This document shows positions 1-9,643 of a stretch of DNA of 64,000 bases, piece after piece (the stretch's first letter is position 1; every line of letters starts with the position of its first letter). The translations under genes and the position numbers were made by a program. Source of the DNA: a bacterium (GTDB lineage Bacteria > Ratteibacteria > UBA8468 > B48-G9 > DSTR01); NCBI GenBank assembly GCA_029551285.1, contig JAKPFT010000024.1:1317-65316 (forward strand), read 5' to 3'. Under the pieces are notes generated by a model, which was not told the origin of the DNA, did not search any database, and saw only the letters and a list, made by a program, of their open reading frames with translations.

Positions 1-2
1 AG

Positions 3-2444
3 CGTCTGGCCAATATCTACCATGACCGGGAAAATGTGCCGGCGATTCTGACTGTAGCCAACCATGCCAGTAAAATATACCAGTCAGAGTTAGAAATTGT
101 AATTCGCGACCACCGGGACGCAGTCACCGGACGCCAGAGAATTTCGCTTATCTGCCAGGCAGGTAAACGCCAGGAAAAAAAGGTTAACCTTGCCTGTGGC
201 CGCTGGGGTATCTTCAGTGCGGTCCTGACTGAGAAAGAAACTGGCAAAGATCTGGCTGAACTCTGTTACATTAACCTGCCAGCCGTCAGCGAAAGGAACG
301 AACTGATTGGATTTTACGGGTCGGCCTGGAACGAAAGAAATATGGCTATCTTTGAAGACCTGGGAATTGCCTGGATAGCCACTCTGGCCGACGGACAGGC
401 AAGACACATCCGCAGCGAAGGGTTTGAAGAGTTAGTTAGAGTTCTTTCAGTGCCAGCCAGGCACAGAGTGGGTGTGGTTTACGCTACCGAGATTCTTTTT
501 CATCGGCCGCAGCAGGATTTGGTATATCCCGGAACCACCAGCCAGTTTCAGCACCCACCCGAGTTGAGTTTTCTAAAAAAAGACCTGCTGACTTTTGCCC
601 GGAGATTCTGCGGGCAGATTTCCGCCTGGATTCTTCAGGATGAACTTTATGAGGGTAAATGCCCTCTGGAGGCCTGGCCCCTTTACCACAAGGTGGCAGT
701 GGAAGCCATCAGGAAGGCTGACCCGCAGGCGATTATCACGGTAAGCTCGGAACCTTCTTTCCAGGAACGGGTCCTGAAAATCTTGGGCAGAGATTACCTT
801 TCGGCTGTGTGCGATTGCACCTATAATCCTTTGACCTCCTGGAGGTACCAGCATCTTCCCTACCAGCACCTGGCCAGGAAATACAACCTGCCTTTATGGT
901 TCAGCGGTTTCGGTTTTCCGACGACCACCTTTTATCGCACCCGCTCCTCGGAGATGAGCCAGTCACAACCAGATTACAGCGTCCTGGTGGACCGTACCGC
1001 GAAGGTTCTTCTGGCTAATGGCCTGGAGTTTGGCGCTGAACGGTTTCTGCTGTACTCGGCTGTTCCTGTTTTTCTCCATCCGGCGTTTCTGCGGCCCACC
1101 AACATTTATGATGTGGACGGTTCCCTGGTGGCGCTTGTGCCTGCCTACGTGGCGGCTGGTAGAATTCTTCAGGGAGCAACCCAGGCCCGGAAGCTGGCCG
1201 GCCCTGATGAGAACCTGGCGGTTTTTACCTTTATCAAGGGCGGCCACCGATGGCTGGTTTTCTGGGTTGACCCGGGACTGGGTTCCTATGGTAACCATAG
1301 CCCGGGTCAGTATGTTCTGGAAATAGGCCTGAAAGCGCCGGTAATGGATATTTTCGGAAATAACTACCCGGTTACGGAAAAGGACGGAGATACAAGGATC
1401 AGATTCAATGGCGAAGTCTTGCTGGCTGATGTCGGCAACCTGTCAGTGGAAGAGATTTCGTCCCGGGTAAAAGAAAGCCACTTTTCTGACCTCCTTCCGG
1501 TACGGGCAGTGGTCACCGCGGACAGGAAAGGTAACGCTACTCTGGAAATTGTGATGCAGAATGGAACTGACAGGGAAATCAAAGGTGAGCTAACAGTAAC
1601 AGAAGCGAGAGGGCTCCTTGCGGAAGGCGACTGCGTGAGCCGGAAGGCTGTGATACCTTCAGGAAAAGAGGCAGAATTTCGGCTGCCGCTTCAGGAATGG
1701 GCGCTGAAAAAACGGGTTCTTTCCAACAGCCGGGTGACCGTTTGCCTGCCCGGTCGTTCCACCACGGTTAATTTGTGGGCCCTGCCAGCCAGGCAACGTC
1801 AGGTTCCCCCGAAGATAGACGGTTTCCTGAACGACTGGGAAAGAAACAGTCCGGGTTTCATCTATGTTACTACCAGGTCTTCTGGAGGGTACGGCCGCAT
1901 TCAGGCCAGGGAAGGCAGCGAGCACCTCACCCTAATAAACCCGCTTCAGGTGAGGATTTTTGTCTCCTGGGATAAGGAAAACCTTTATCTTGCCGGGCAC
2001 AAGGTGGACCGGGAAATTATTCCTGCTTCCGGTCAGGAATGGCCGGAAGATGGTCTGATTTTCTGTCTGGATAGCAGGTTGAAGGCTGACCTCTTTAACC
2101 CGGTGTGCAATGAGGACGACTACCTTGTTTCTGTTTCGGCGCCGGGAGAAAAAGCCAGAGCCTGCTTGATAGGTAAGGAGGGAGAAAAGATACCCCTTGA
2201 AGCTGCCTGGCAACTGGTCTATCTCGGGGAGGAAAGTGGCTACACTTTTGAAGTGGCTGTGCCCTGGAAAAAGTTAGGGGTGGTGCCGGAGAGCAACATG
2301 ACGCTGGGTTTTGACCTTACTGTTCTGGAAGCGAGCCAGGACAGGGAAAAAAGAATTGAGGCGGCCTGGGCCGGTTACGGCCATTCCTTAAGGACGCCGA
2401 CCGGCTGGGGCCAGTTACTCTTACGGGGGGACGATGGAGACTGA
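3..2444 (+). CDS. 5'-truncated glycan-active protein with C-terminal CBM9/DOMON-like carbohydrate-binding module
   Basis: The frame is open from base 3, with no stop before the listed GTG at 36, so the gene probably starts upstream of the window. The C-terminal ~200 aa (PPKIDGFLNDWE..FVSWDKENLYLAG..YTFEVAVPWKKLG..GFDLTV) resemble the N-terminal modules of the giant proteins at 14.5-25 kb. Confidence 0.8.
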   Translation, partial: RLANIYHDRENVPAILTVANHASKIYQSELEIVIRDHRDAVTGRQRISLICQAGKRQEKKVNLACGRWGIFSAVLTEKETGKDLAELCYINLPAVSERNELIGFYGSAWNERNMAIFEDLGIAWIATLADGQARHIRSEGFEELVRVLSVPARHRVGVVYATEILFHRPQQDLVYPGTTSQFQHPPELSFLKKDLLTFARRFCGQISAWILQDELYEGKCPLEAWPLYHKVAVEAIRKADPQAIITVSSEPSFQERVLKILGRDYLSAVCDCTYNPLTSWRYQHLPYQHLARKYNLPLWFSGFGFPTTTFYRTRSSEMSQSQPDYSVLVDRTAKVLLANGLEFGAERFLLYSAVPVFLHPAFLRPTNIYDVDGSLVALVPAYVAAGRILQGATQARKLAGPDENLAVFTFIKGGHRWLVFWVDPGLGSYGNHSPGQYVLEIGLKAPVMDIFGNNYPVTEKDGDTRIRFNGEVLLADVGNLSVEEISSRVKESHFSDLLPVRAVVTADRKGNATLEIVMQNGTDREIKGELTVTEARGLLAEGDCVSRKAVIPSGKEAEFRLPLQEWALKKRVLSNSRVTVCLPGRSTTVNLWALPARQRQVPPKIDGFLNDWERNSPGFIYVTTRSSGGYGRIQAREGSEHLTLINPLQVRIFVSWDKENLYLAGHKVDREIIPASGQEWPEDGLIFCLDSRLKADLFNPVCNEDDYLVSVSAPGEKARACLIGKEGEKIPLEAAWQLVYLGEESGYTFEVAVPWKKLGVVPESNMTLGFDLTVLEASQDREKRIEAAWAGYGHSLRTPTGWGQLLLRGDDGD

Positions 2445-3561
2445 ATCTTATCTTTTTCTGCAGCGGCAGACACAGGCTTCGCGGTGGCAAAAGTATCTGA
2501 GCCGGCAGTTTCAGGGCATCCCCGGTATTGAGCAGGACAGTGAGGGAAGACTCTGGGCAACCTGGTATGGCGGGGGCAAAGGCGAAGGTCCCGACAATTA
2601 CGTCGTTCTGGTAGTCAGCGAGGATGGAGGGCAAAGATGGAGTCAACCGCTGGCAGTGGTTGACCCGCCGGATAAACTGCGGGCCTTTGACCCCTGCCTC
2701 TGGCAGGACCCTCAGGGAAGGCTGTGGTGGTTCTGGGCTCAATCTTACAGTGAAAAAGAAGGGGAAATCTTTGATGGCCGGGGAGGCGTCTGGGCAACCT
2801 GCTTGATAGACCAGAAGCCTTCTTTGCTTTCTTTTTCCCGGCCGCGGCGGATTGCCAGCGGCGTGATGTTGAATAAACCGATTGTTCTTTCCTCAGGTGA
2901 ATGGATGCTGCCAACCGCTGTCTGGGAATACTGGCCGGTGAAGGATGAAACTTTGGCCGGCGAAAGATTTTCCAACGCCACCGTTTCTGAAGATGCCGGT
3001 ACCACCTTTTATCGCCGTGGTGGCGCCGATGTTCCGGAGCGGTGTTTTGACGAACACATGTTTGTGGAACTGACTGATGGCCGAATCTGGTGTCTGGTGC
3101 GGACCTTCTACGGGATTGGCCAGAGTTTTTCAGCTGACCGCGGCTACACCTGGTCGCCGGGCGAAGATTCCAGCCTTGGCGGACCAAACTCAAGGTTTTT
3201 TATCCGGCGCCTTCATTCCGGAAGGCTGTTGCTGGTAAACCATGCTGACCTTTCGCCGGAAGAAGCCCTGAAGGCAGCCAGGGCAGGAAAAAAGTGGCGT
3301 CGCCGGTCTCATCTCACCGCCTTTCTTTCTGAAGATGAGGGAAAACACTGGCAGGGCGGGTTGCTTCTGGATGAAAGGGAAGGTGTCTCCTATCCGGACG
3401 GCACCCAGACTCCGGATGGTCTCATTCGGATTATTTATGACCGGGACCGTTCTGGAGCCGGCGAGATACTCCTGGCTGGTTTTCGGGAAAAAGATATTCT
3501 GCAGGGCAAGCTGGTGAGCTCCGACTCTTTCCTGAAACGGGTCATCAGCCGTTTGAAGTGA
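2434..3561 (+). CDS. BNR/Asp-box repeat sialidase-like glycosidase
   Basis: Four Asp-box (S-x-D-x-G-x-T/x-W/F) repeats: SEDGGQRW, SEDAGTTF, SADRGYTW, SEDEGKHW. The ATG overlaps the upstream stop by 11 nt, which suggests translational coupling. Confidence 0.85.
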   Translation: METESYLFLQRQTQASRWQKYLSRQFQGIPGIEQDSEGRLWATWYGGGKGEGPDNYVVLVVSEDGGQRWSQPLAVVDPPDKLRAFDPCLWQDPQGRLWWFWAQSYSEKEGEIFDGRGGVWATCLIDQKPSLLSFSRPRRIASGVMLNKPIVLSSGEWMLPTAVWEYWPVKDETLAGERFSNATVSEDAGTTFYRRGGADVPERCFDEHMFVELTDGRIWCLVRTFYGIGQSFSADRGYTWSPGEDSSLGGPNSRFFIRRLHSGRLLLVNHADLSPEEALKAARAGKKWRRRSHLTAFLSEDEGKHWQGGLLLDEREGVSYPDGTQTPDGLIRIIYDRDRSGAGEILLAGFREKDILQGKLVSSDSFLKRVISRLK

Positions 3562-3604
3562 GACCTTTTTCCTTTCAAGAAGAAACAGCAATTCGGGTGG
3601 CTGA

Positions 3605-6070
3605 ATGATTGATTTCCGCAAGATTGGTTTCTGGTTGCCGGAAGGACTGCCGAATAAGGAATACACCATTAGCGATGGGCTTGTTTCGGTGGTCCTGGAC
3701 CGTTCTGGCGGCCTCAATGCCGTTGAGTATCATGGTCCCCGGCGATTAGCCGCAAGGAGAGGGGCCTTTTTCTCCAACGGCATCTGGCGCCGGGAAGAAT
3801 TCTTTTCAGGGCCGGTAATTCATTTCCGTGTGGCAGCCGGTAAGAGGGAAATGGTCGCCCCCTTTAAGAAGGTGGCGCTCTGTCCTTATGGTATCAGTGC
3901 CAGTTTTTCCCTTGGCCGGGAAAAACTCAGCTGGAAAATATGGATAAGAAAAAAAGCCATTCTCATAGAATGGATATGCAGCGGTGAAGTGAAAGTCACC
4001 CTGGTAGTGGAGGAACGCTTTGCCCGTTTTTACAACCAGTACTCCACCTGGGATTTGCCGGAGTTTGATGAGGCAGCGAACGGTTTCCGGTACAATCTGA
4101 AACGAAATTTTTTGGTGGAGGCAGCGCCGGACATGCTGGCTACCGGTCAGCGTTACGAAGCCTGCGGCCTGGTCAGTTGTTTTTCCCCGGTGCGCTGGAA
4201 AAGAGAAAATGACCGTGCCTGGCTGACGGCTCAAACCGAGAAAAACCAGGTGCTCTGTTTTGTCATCACCTTTGGTGAAGATATCCACCAGGTCCTGGCT
4301 ACCCGGCAGGAAGCCATGAAGTTTGCCAGCGACTGGGCCAGGGAGCAATGGCAGCGATATCTTGATTTAGTCAGGAGTTCACCCGGGCTTCTGGCCAGGA
4401 AAGCACCTGTTTTGATGGAAATCATCAGGGTAACCCCGCTGTTTCTTCATTCTCTCCTGCGGGAGAAAAATCCCGTGGAAGTGGCTTTCCGGGCCGCTAA
4501 CCGGGGCTACGGAATCTGGAACGGCTGGGACGGGCAATGGGCCTGCCGGGTGGTCAATGCCTGTCAGGATTTTCCCACGGTGAGGAAATATCTTAATTTT
4601 CTTGACGCCTGCCGGGGACCAAACGGTGCGGTAGCCTTTGCCCTTGATTACGACTTCGGTCCACTTTATGACATCAATCTTCACCACCCGCCATTGGATC
4701 GCCAGTTAGGTGCTGGCTGGACAGTAATCCATGACTGCTGGGCTCTGGAGAATCTCCATGAATACTTTTTTCAGACCGGGGACCTGGCCACCTTAAAGAG
4801 GCATTATCCGAAGGCAGCCGCAGTCTTGCAGACTATAGGGGCTAATGCTGGACCGGAAGGTCTGGTGGAGTCCTGCTTTGGCGGGGCTGACTACAGTCAC
4901 CAGGTGAACCGACGGCAATTTCCAGACCCCAGGGACAATCGCACCATCTCCTCTCGTTTGACCGGTGTGGAAGACATGGGCCTGCTTTATCACGCCTGTC
5001 AGATAGGAGCGGAATTAGCCAGTTTGCTCGGGGACCAACTTACCCTTAGAACCTGTCTGGAACTTTCCGGAAAGGTTGAGTGCAGTTTCCGGAAATACTT
5101 TTTTGATGAAGAAGGTGGATTTTTTCTGGATGCGGTCTGGCCGAAAGATAAACCAGCCTACCGGAACAGATTTTTCCGGCTGACCAGTCTGTTGGCCCTT
5201 TCCGGATACGGTGAACTTCTGGTTATCAACGACTGGGAGACGCTGGCCAATTTTGTCTGGAACAGTCTGACACATCCTGTCTTAGGTTTAAGAGAAGTGC
5301 CAGCGGAGCAGCCTCTGCCGCCAGGCGGCCTAAACCGGAAAGAAAACTGGTTGCAGAATGCCGCCCGGGAAACCCTGCGGCTGGCCCGTCTGGCCGGGCA
5401 TGCCAGGTTGCTGCAACTAATTGTCGGCAAGTACCAGCAGCATTTCCAGCAGGAGAAGGTCATCCGGGAAAACCTGTACAATAATCAGGCCAGTGAGTTC
5501 TTTGATACGAAGAAATTGTACGTTTCCACCTCAGCCTGGCAGGCAATGACGGCTTCGGCCTGGTGGTTTGGACTCCTGGAAGCCGTAGGCGGACTGAGAC
5601 TAGGCCGGGGTCAGTTAGAGTATCTTCCTGGAGAAGGGCTGGGTGATGTGACTGTCAGCAATCTCCGGCTGGCGGGAAGGGTGTGGAAGGTAGTGGTTAA
5701 AGGTCAGGGTCAGTGGGTCTCTTCAATAGTGGTCAACGGCTACCCGCAGTGCCCTGGTTGTTACCAGCTTTTACCTGTGGGGAAGTCTCAATGGCAGACA
5801 GCGCTGATCAGGAAGACTGACCGGCGGGTTTCTCATCCGGTGCTTTTTTCAGCCGGGGCCAGTCAGGTAAAGGTGATTGCCTGTTCTGGCCGGCAACTAA
5901 AATTTAGGCTGACCGGTCCGGGCTTCTCCAGAATCTGGTTTTTTTCCCCAAGCCTGCCCCGGCTTCTCGTGGGAAGAAAGGAGCAACCTTTTTCCTGGAG
6001 CGAAAAGCGCAGGGAAGGGACAGCCGGAATTCTTTACCGTCAGGGAGAAGAAATTACTCTGTGCTGTTAA
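3605..6070 (+). CDS. Large glycoside-hydrolase-like protein of unknown family (possible alpha/alpha six-hairpin type)
   Basis: Uninterrupted 821-aa ORF with no signal peptide, in a co-directional glycan gene context. W/G-rich segments (GYGIWNGWDGQWACR, GAGWTVIHDCWALENL) are reminiscent of six-hairpin glycosidases. The family assignment is weak. Confidence 0.65.
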   Translation: MIDFRKIGFWLPEGLPNKEYTISDGLVSVVLDRSGGLNAVEYHGPRRLAARRGAFFSNGIWRREEFFSGPVIHFRVAAGKREMVAPFKKVALCPYGISASFSLGREKLSWKIWIRKKAILIEWICSGEVKVTLVVEERFARFYNQYSTWDLPEFDEAANGFRYNLKRNFLVEAAPDMLATGQRYEACGLVSCFSPVRWKRENDRAWLTAQTEKNQVLCFVITFGEDIHQVLATRQEAMKFASDWAREQWQRYLDLVRSSPGLLARKAPVLMEIIRVTPLFLHSLLREKNPVEVAFRAANRGYGIWNGWDGQWACRVVNACQDFPTVRKYLNFLDACRGPNGAVAFALDYDFGPLYDINLHHPPLDRQLGAGWTVIHDCWALENLHEYFFQTGDLATLKRHYPKAAAVLQTIGANAGPEGLVESCFGGADYSHQVNRRQFPDPRDNRTISSRLTGVEDMGLLYHACQIGAELASLLGDQLTLRTCLELSGKVECSFRKYFFDEEGGFFLDAVWPKDKPAYRNRFFRLTSLLALSGYGELLVINDWETLANFVWNSLTHPVLGLREVPAEQPLPPGGLNRKENWLQNAARETLRLARLAGHARLLQLIVGKYQQHFQQEKVIRENLYNNQASEFFDTKKLYVSTSAWQAMTASAWWFGLLEAVGGLRLGRGQLEYLPGEGLGDVTVSNLRLAGRVWKVVVKGQGQWVSSIVVNGYPQCPGCYQLLPVGKSQWQTALIRKTDRRVSHPVLFSAGASQVKVIACSGRQLKFRLTGPGFSRIWFFSPSLPRLLVGRKEQPFSWSEKRREGTAGILYRQGEEITLCC

Positions 6071-6152
6071 CGGCTGCCTTTCCTGGAACGCAGATAGTAT
6101 TCCGGGCTTGCTGGACGACCGAGCTAATAGCATTGTCTTTTCTGCGGTAAGG

Positions 6153-6842
6153 TCACTTTCTTTCTCCCGGTTGCTCCGGGGTACGGCTAAACCTGAGTCT
6201 GGGCAGGTTAATGTTTCTCTGGATAGCCAGCAGTCTCAAGCCGAAAACGAAGGCCAAACCAGAGCCAGCGGATAGAACCGGGCTGGCTAAAAGCCACTGT
6301 AACAAGACATAGACTGCGGCTCCGGCGATGGCTGCGGTCGCGTAGATTTCCTTTTGCAAGACCAGGGGAATTTCCGCACAGAGAATGTCGCGCATTATCC
6401 CCCCGGCTGTTCCTGTCATGGCCGCCATGATGACCACCATGATGAAAGACAAGCCCATCCCGGCGGCTTTTTGAGCGCCGCTGATGGTGAATACCGCCAG
6501 TCCAAAAGCGTCTGCCAGCAAAAGTCCCCGGAGGGCCGGGCCCTTCCGGTGCAGGATGAGCAGGGTAACTGCTGTGACGATGAACACTACCCACAAATAA
6601 ACCTGATGTTCAATCCAGAAAACAGGCTGGTCCAGCAGCAGGTCGCGCAACGTTCCGCCGCCGATAGCCGTCACGGTTGCCACAACCAGCGCGCCGAAGA
6701 TGTCCATTTCTTTCCGGACAGCCGTCATCACGCCACTGACGGCAAAAACAGCGACGCCCAGAAGGTCCAACCCGTAGAGAACTCTTGAAGGTTCCACCTT
6801 TTCTCCTTGTTTAGCAGCTGTCAACCGTCCATATTCTAACAC
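6153..6842 (-). CDS. UPF0126 / TRIC-type (YadS/YicG-like) integral membrane protein
   Basis: Two internal repeats carry the UPF0126 signature: AIGGGTLRDLLL and GTAGGIMRDIL. The protein is polytopic and hydrophobic. Confidence 0.8.
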   Translation of the reverse strand: MLEYGRLTAAKQGEKVEPSRVLYGLDLLGVAVFAVSGVMTAVRKEMDIFGALVVATVTAIGGGTLRDLLLDQPVFWIEHQVYLWVVFIVTAVTLLILHRKGPALRGLLLADAFGLAVFTISGAQKAAGMGLSFIMVVIMAAMTGTAGGIMRDILCAEIPLVLQKEIYATAAIAGAAVYVLLQWLLASPVLSAGSGLAFVFGLRLLAIQRNINLPRLRFSRTPEQPGERK

Positions 6843-6908
6843 AGGGAAGGACTTTTCTATTGTCAGGTGCTGGCTCCTGGGTTATGCTGATAGGGATAAG
6901 GAACAGAC

Positions 6909-8018
6909 ATGCGCTTTCTGACTGAATACCGGGATACGGAAAAACTGGAGAGTCTTTATGGCCGCATCAGCAGACTGGCCTCGGGCTTGCCCCGGCTGAA
7001 CCTGATGGAAGTCTGCGGTACCCACACCATGACCATCGGTCGGGCCGGGCTGAGAAGGCGGTTGCCGGAAAATATCAGTTTGCTCTCCGGACCGGGTTGT
7101 CCGGTGTGTGTCACCCCTGACAGCTATCTTGATGCTGCGATAAAGTTAACGGAAAGAAAGAATATTTGTCTGGCTACTTTCGGGGATATGATGAAGGTCC
7201 CTGGCAGCCAGGGAAATTTAGAAGAAAGACAGGGCAGCGAGATTGCGGTGGTTTATTCGCCCCTGGAGGCCCTGGAGATAGCGCGGAAAACTATCAAGGA
7301 GGTTGTCTTCCTGGCCGTAGGTTTTGAAACCACAGCACCATCAGTGGCTTCGGTGGTGCTGACCGCGGCCCGGGAAAAAATAAAAAATTTTTCCCTGCTG
7401 GTGGCCCACAAATTAATTCCCCCGGCCATGGCCTGTCTTCTTCAGGACAGAAAGGTGAAAATTGATGGTTTTATCTGTCCTGGCCACGTGAGCGCTATTA
7501 TCGGAGCCAGACCCTACCGGGTTATTGCGGAAAGATATCATCGCCCCTGTGTCATCGCTGGTTTTGAAATTCTGGATGTCCTTCAGGCGCTTGTGATGCT
7601 GCTGGTTCAATTTCAGGAGAAGAGAGCCGCTGTGGAAATCCAGTACAGCCGCTGTGTCCAGCCGGCAGGTAACCTGAGGGCGCGGCACCTGATGGCTGAG
7701 GTTTTCAAGGTTGGTGACGCTGAGTGGCGAGGGATGGGCGTGATTCCGAAAAGTGGTTTGTTTCTGAAGAAAGAATACTCTGAGTTTGACGCGGTGCGGA
7801 GATTTTCCCTGCAGCTGGTTAAAAGTGAGAAGTTTACCGGCTGCCGGTGCGGAGATATACTTAAAGGTTTAATCGCTCCGCCTGACTGCCCCTGCTTTGG
7901 ACAATCGTGTACTCCGGCCAGGCCAAAAGGACCGTGTATGGTTTCCTCGGAAGGGGCTTGTGCCGCTTATTACCGGTATGAACTGCTGCCCGGGAGAGGG
8001 AAATGGCAGAAGAGTTGA
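6909..8018 (+). CDS. hypD: [NiFe]-hydrogenase maturation protein HypD
   Basis: Motifs MEVCGTHTM, GPGCPVCVTP, GFETTAP and CPGHVS; 369 aa, a typical length. Confidence 0.95.
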   Translation: MRFLTEYRDTEKLESLYGRISRLASGLPRLNLMEVCGTHTMTIGRAGLRRRLPENISLLSGPGCPVCVTPDSYLDAAIKLTERKNICLATFGDMMKVPGSQGNLEERQGSEIAVVYSPLEALEIARKTIKEVVFLAVGFETTAPSVASVVLTAAREKIKNFSLLVAHKLIPPAMACLLQDRKVKIDGFICPGHVSAIIGARPYRVIAERYHRPCVIAGFEILDVLQALVMLLVQFQEKRAAVEIQYSRCVQPAGNLRARHLMAEVFKVGDAEWRGMGVIPKSGLFLKKEYSEFDAVRRFSLQLVKSEKFTGCRCGDILKGLIAPPDCPCFGQSCTPARPKGPCMVSSEGACAAYYRYELLPGRGKWQKS

Positions 8019-9016
8019 TAACTCTGGCTCATGGTAGTGGCGGCAGGCCGATGCAGCAACTTATTCAGGAAGTTTTTCTGAAGTTCTTTGACCATCCTGC
8101 GTTAACCGCTTTGACTGACGCTGCCTGTCTTTCCTGGCCTTCCAGTTACCAGCTGTGTTTTACTACTGATGCCTATGTCGTCCAGCCGCTTTTTTTCCCT
8201 GGCGGTAACATCGGAAAGTTAGCCTTCTGCGGCACCATCAACGACCTGGCGGTCAGTGGCGCCCAGCCTCTTTACCTCTCCTGTGCTTTCATCATAGAAG
8301 AGGGATTCAGCGTTGCCTTACTGGAGAAAATTCTGGCCTCAATGAAACAAATGGTCTGTCAGACCGGCGTGGCGGTGGTGACCGGCGATACCAAGGTGGT
8401 GGAAAGGGGGAAACTTGACGGTCTGTGCATCGCCACCTCAGGTGTGGGTATCCGGCCGGCCAGCCTCAAACTTTGCCGGGAAAGCCTGCGGCCAGGGGAT
8501 AAGGTAATTGTCAGCGGTCCGCTGGGCGACCACGAAATCGCCATCCTCTCTGCCAGAGGGAAATTCCAGTTAGAAACAAGGTTAGCCAGCGACTGCGCTC
8601 CTCTGCACAGCCTGACGGAAAGGATGCTGAAGGTGGAACCAAACCTTCGTTTTATGCGGGACCCCACCCGCGGGGGGCTGGCTGCGGTGCTGAATGAAAT
8701 CGTTTCCGGTCTGAAGGTCGGTATTCTTATTGAAGAGAAACTATTACCGGTGCGAAAAGAAGTGGCTGCCTGTTGCGAAATCCTTGGTCTTGACCCACTC
8801 TTGCTGGCCAGTGAGGGCCGGCTGGTGGCTGTTGTTCCGGAGAAGACAACCGGGCAGGTTCTGACCGTGATGAAGCGTCATCCGCTGGGCCGGCAGGCCA
8901 GGGTGGTCGGACAGGTGATTTCCGACCAGCCCGGCCGGGTGCTGATGAAAACACTTGGCGGTTCTACCAGACTGGTGGAAATGCCAGCCGGTGTTCAGCA
9001 GCCAAGAATTTGTTAG
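8003..9016 (+). CDS. hypE: [NiFe]-hydrogenase maturation protein HypE
   Basis: PurM-like fold signature LAHGSGG near the N-terminus and the C-terminal PRIC motif. Overlaps hypD by 16 nt. Confidence 0.95.
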   Translation: MAEELITLAHGSGGRPMQQLIQEVFLKFFDHPALTALTDAACLSWPSSYQLCFTTDAYVVQPLFFPGGNIGKLAFCGTINDLAVSGAQPLYLSCAFIIEEGFSVALLEKILASMKQMVCQTGVAVVTGDTKVVERGKLDGLCIATSGVGIRPASLKLCRESLRPGDKVIVSGPLGDHEIAILSARGKFQLETRLASDCAPLHSLTERMLKVEPNLRFMRDPTRGGLAAVLNEIVSGLKVGILIEEKLLPVRKEVAACCEILGLDPLLLASEGRLVAVVPEKTTGQVLTVMKRHPLGRQARVVGQVISDQPGRVLMKTLGGSTRLVEMPAGVQQPRIC

Positions 9017-9025
9017 GGGGAAACA

Positions 9026-9634
9026 GTGGAGATTGTTACTCTGGTGGTGGGCGAAATACCCACCAATTGCTACCTGGTTGGCTGTCAGAAAACCGGAGAA
9101 GCCCTGGTGATTGACCCGGGGGCAGAACCGGAAAAGATTAAATGCAAACTGCAACAGAAAGGCTGGCAGGTGCGGCTTTTAGTTATTACCCATGGACACG
9201 GCGACCATCTGGCAGCCGGTCAGGAACTGGACTGGCCGATTGCGATTCATCCGGCGGATGCCCGATGTCTGCTTGACCCGTGGAAAAATCTTTCGGCCCT
9301 CTTTGGCGCTCCCTGTATCCTGAGAGAACCGCAACAATTACTGGAGGAGGGACAGACCATTGTGGTCGGCGATTTCCATCTGGAGGTAGTACACACGCCG
9401 GGTCATACCCCGGGAAGCATCTGTCTGCTTGGCCGAAAGGAAAAGGTGATTTTTACCGGCGATACCCTTTTTGCTGAGGGGGTGGGCCGGACCGACCTGC
9501 CCGGCGGCTGCGAGCAGGAATTATGGAGTTCTTTACAGGAAAAACTTCTTCCGCTGGATGGGGACTTCACCATCTATCCTGGCCATGGCCCGGCGACAAG
9601 TCTTTCCCTGGCTCGTTCCTTCCTCAACTGCTAA
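9026..9634 (+). CDS. MBL-fold metallo-hydrolase (glyoxalase II-like)
   Basis: THGHGDH metal-binding motif, with HTPGHTPG and D..F..G..R.D downstream. GTG start preceded by GGGGGA. Confidence 0.85.
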   Translation: MEIVTLVVGEIPTNCYLVGCQKTGEALVIDPGAEPEKIKCKLQQKGWQVRLLVITHGHGDHLAAGQELDWPIAIHPADARCLLDPWKNLSALFGAPCILREPQQLLEEGQTIVVGDFHLEVVHTPGHTPGSICLLGRKEKVIFTGDTLFAEGVGRTDLPGGCEQELWSSLQEKLLPLDGDFTIYPGHGPATSLSLARSFLNC

Positions 9635-9643
9635 AGCCTTAAC

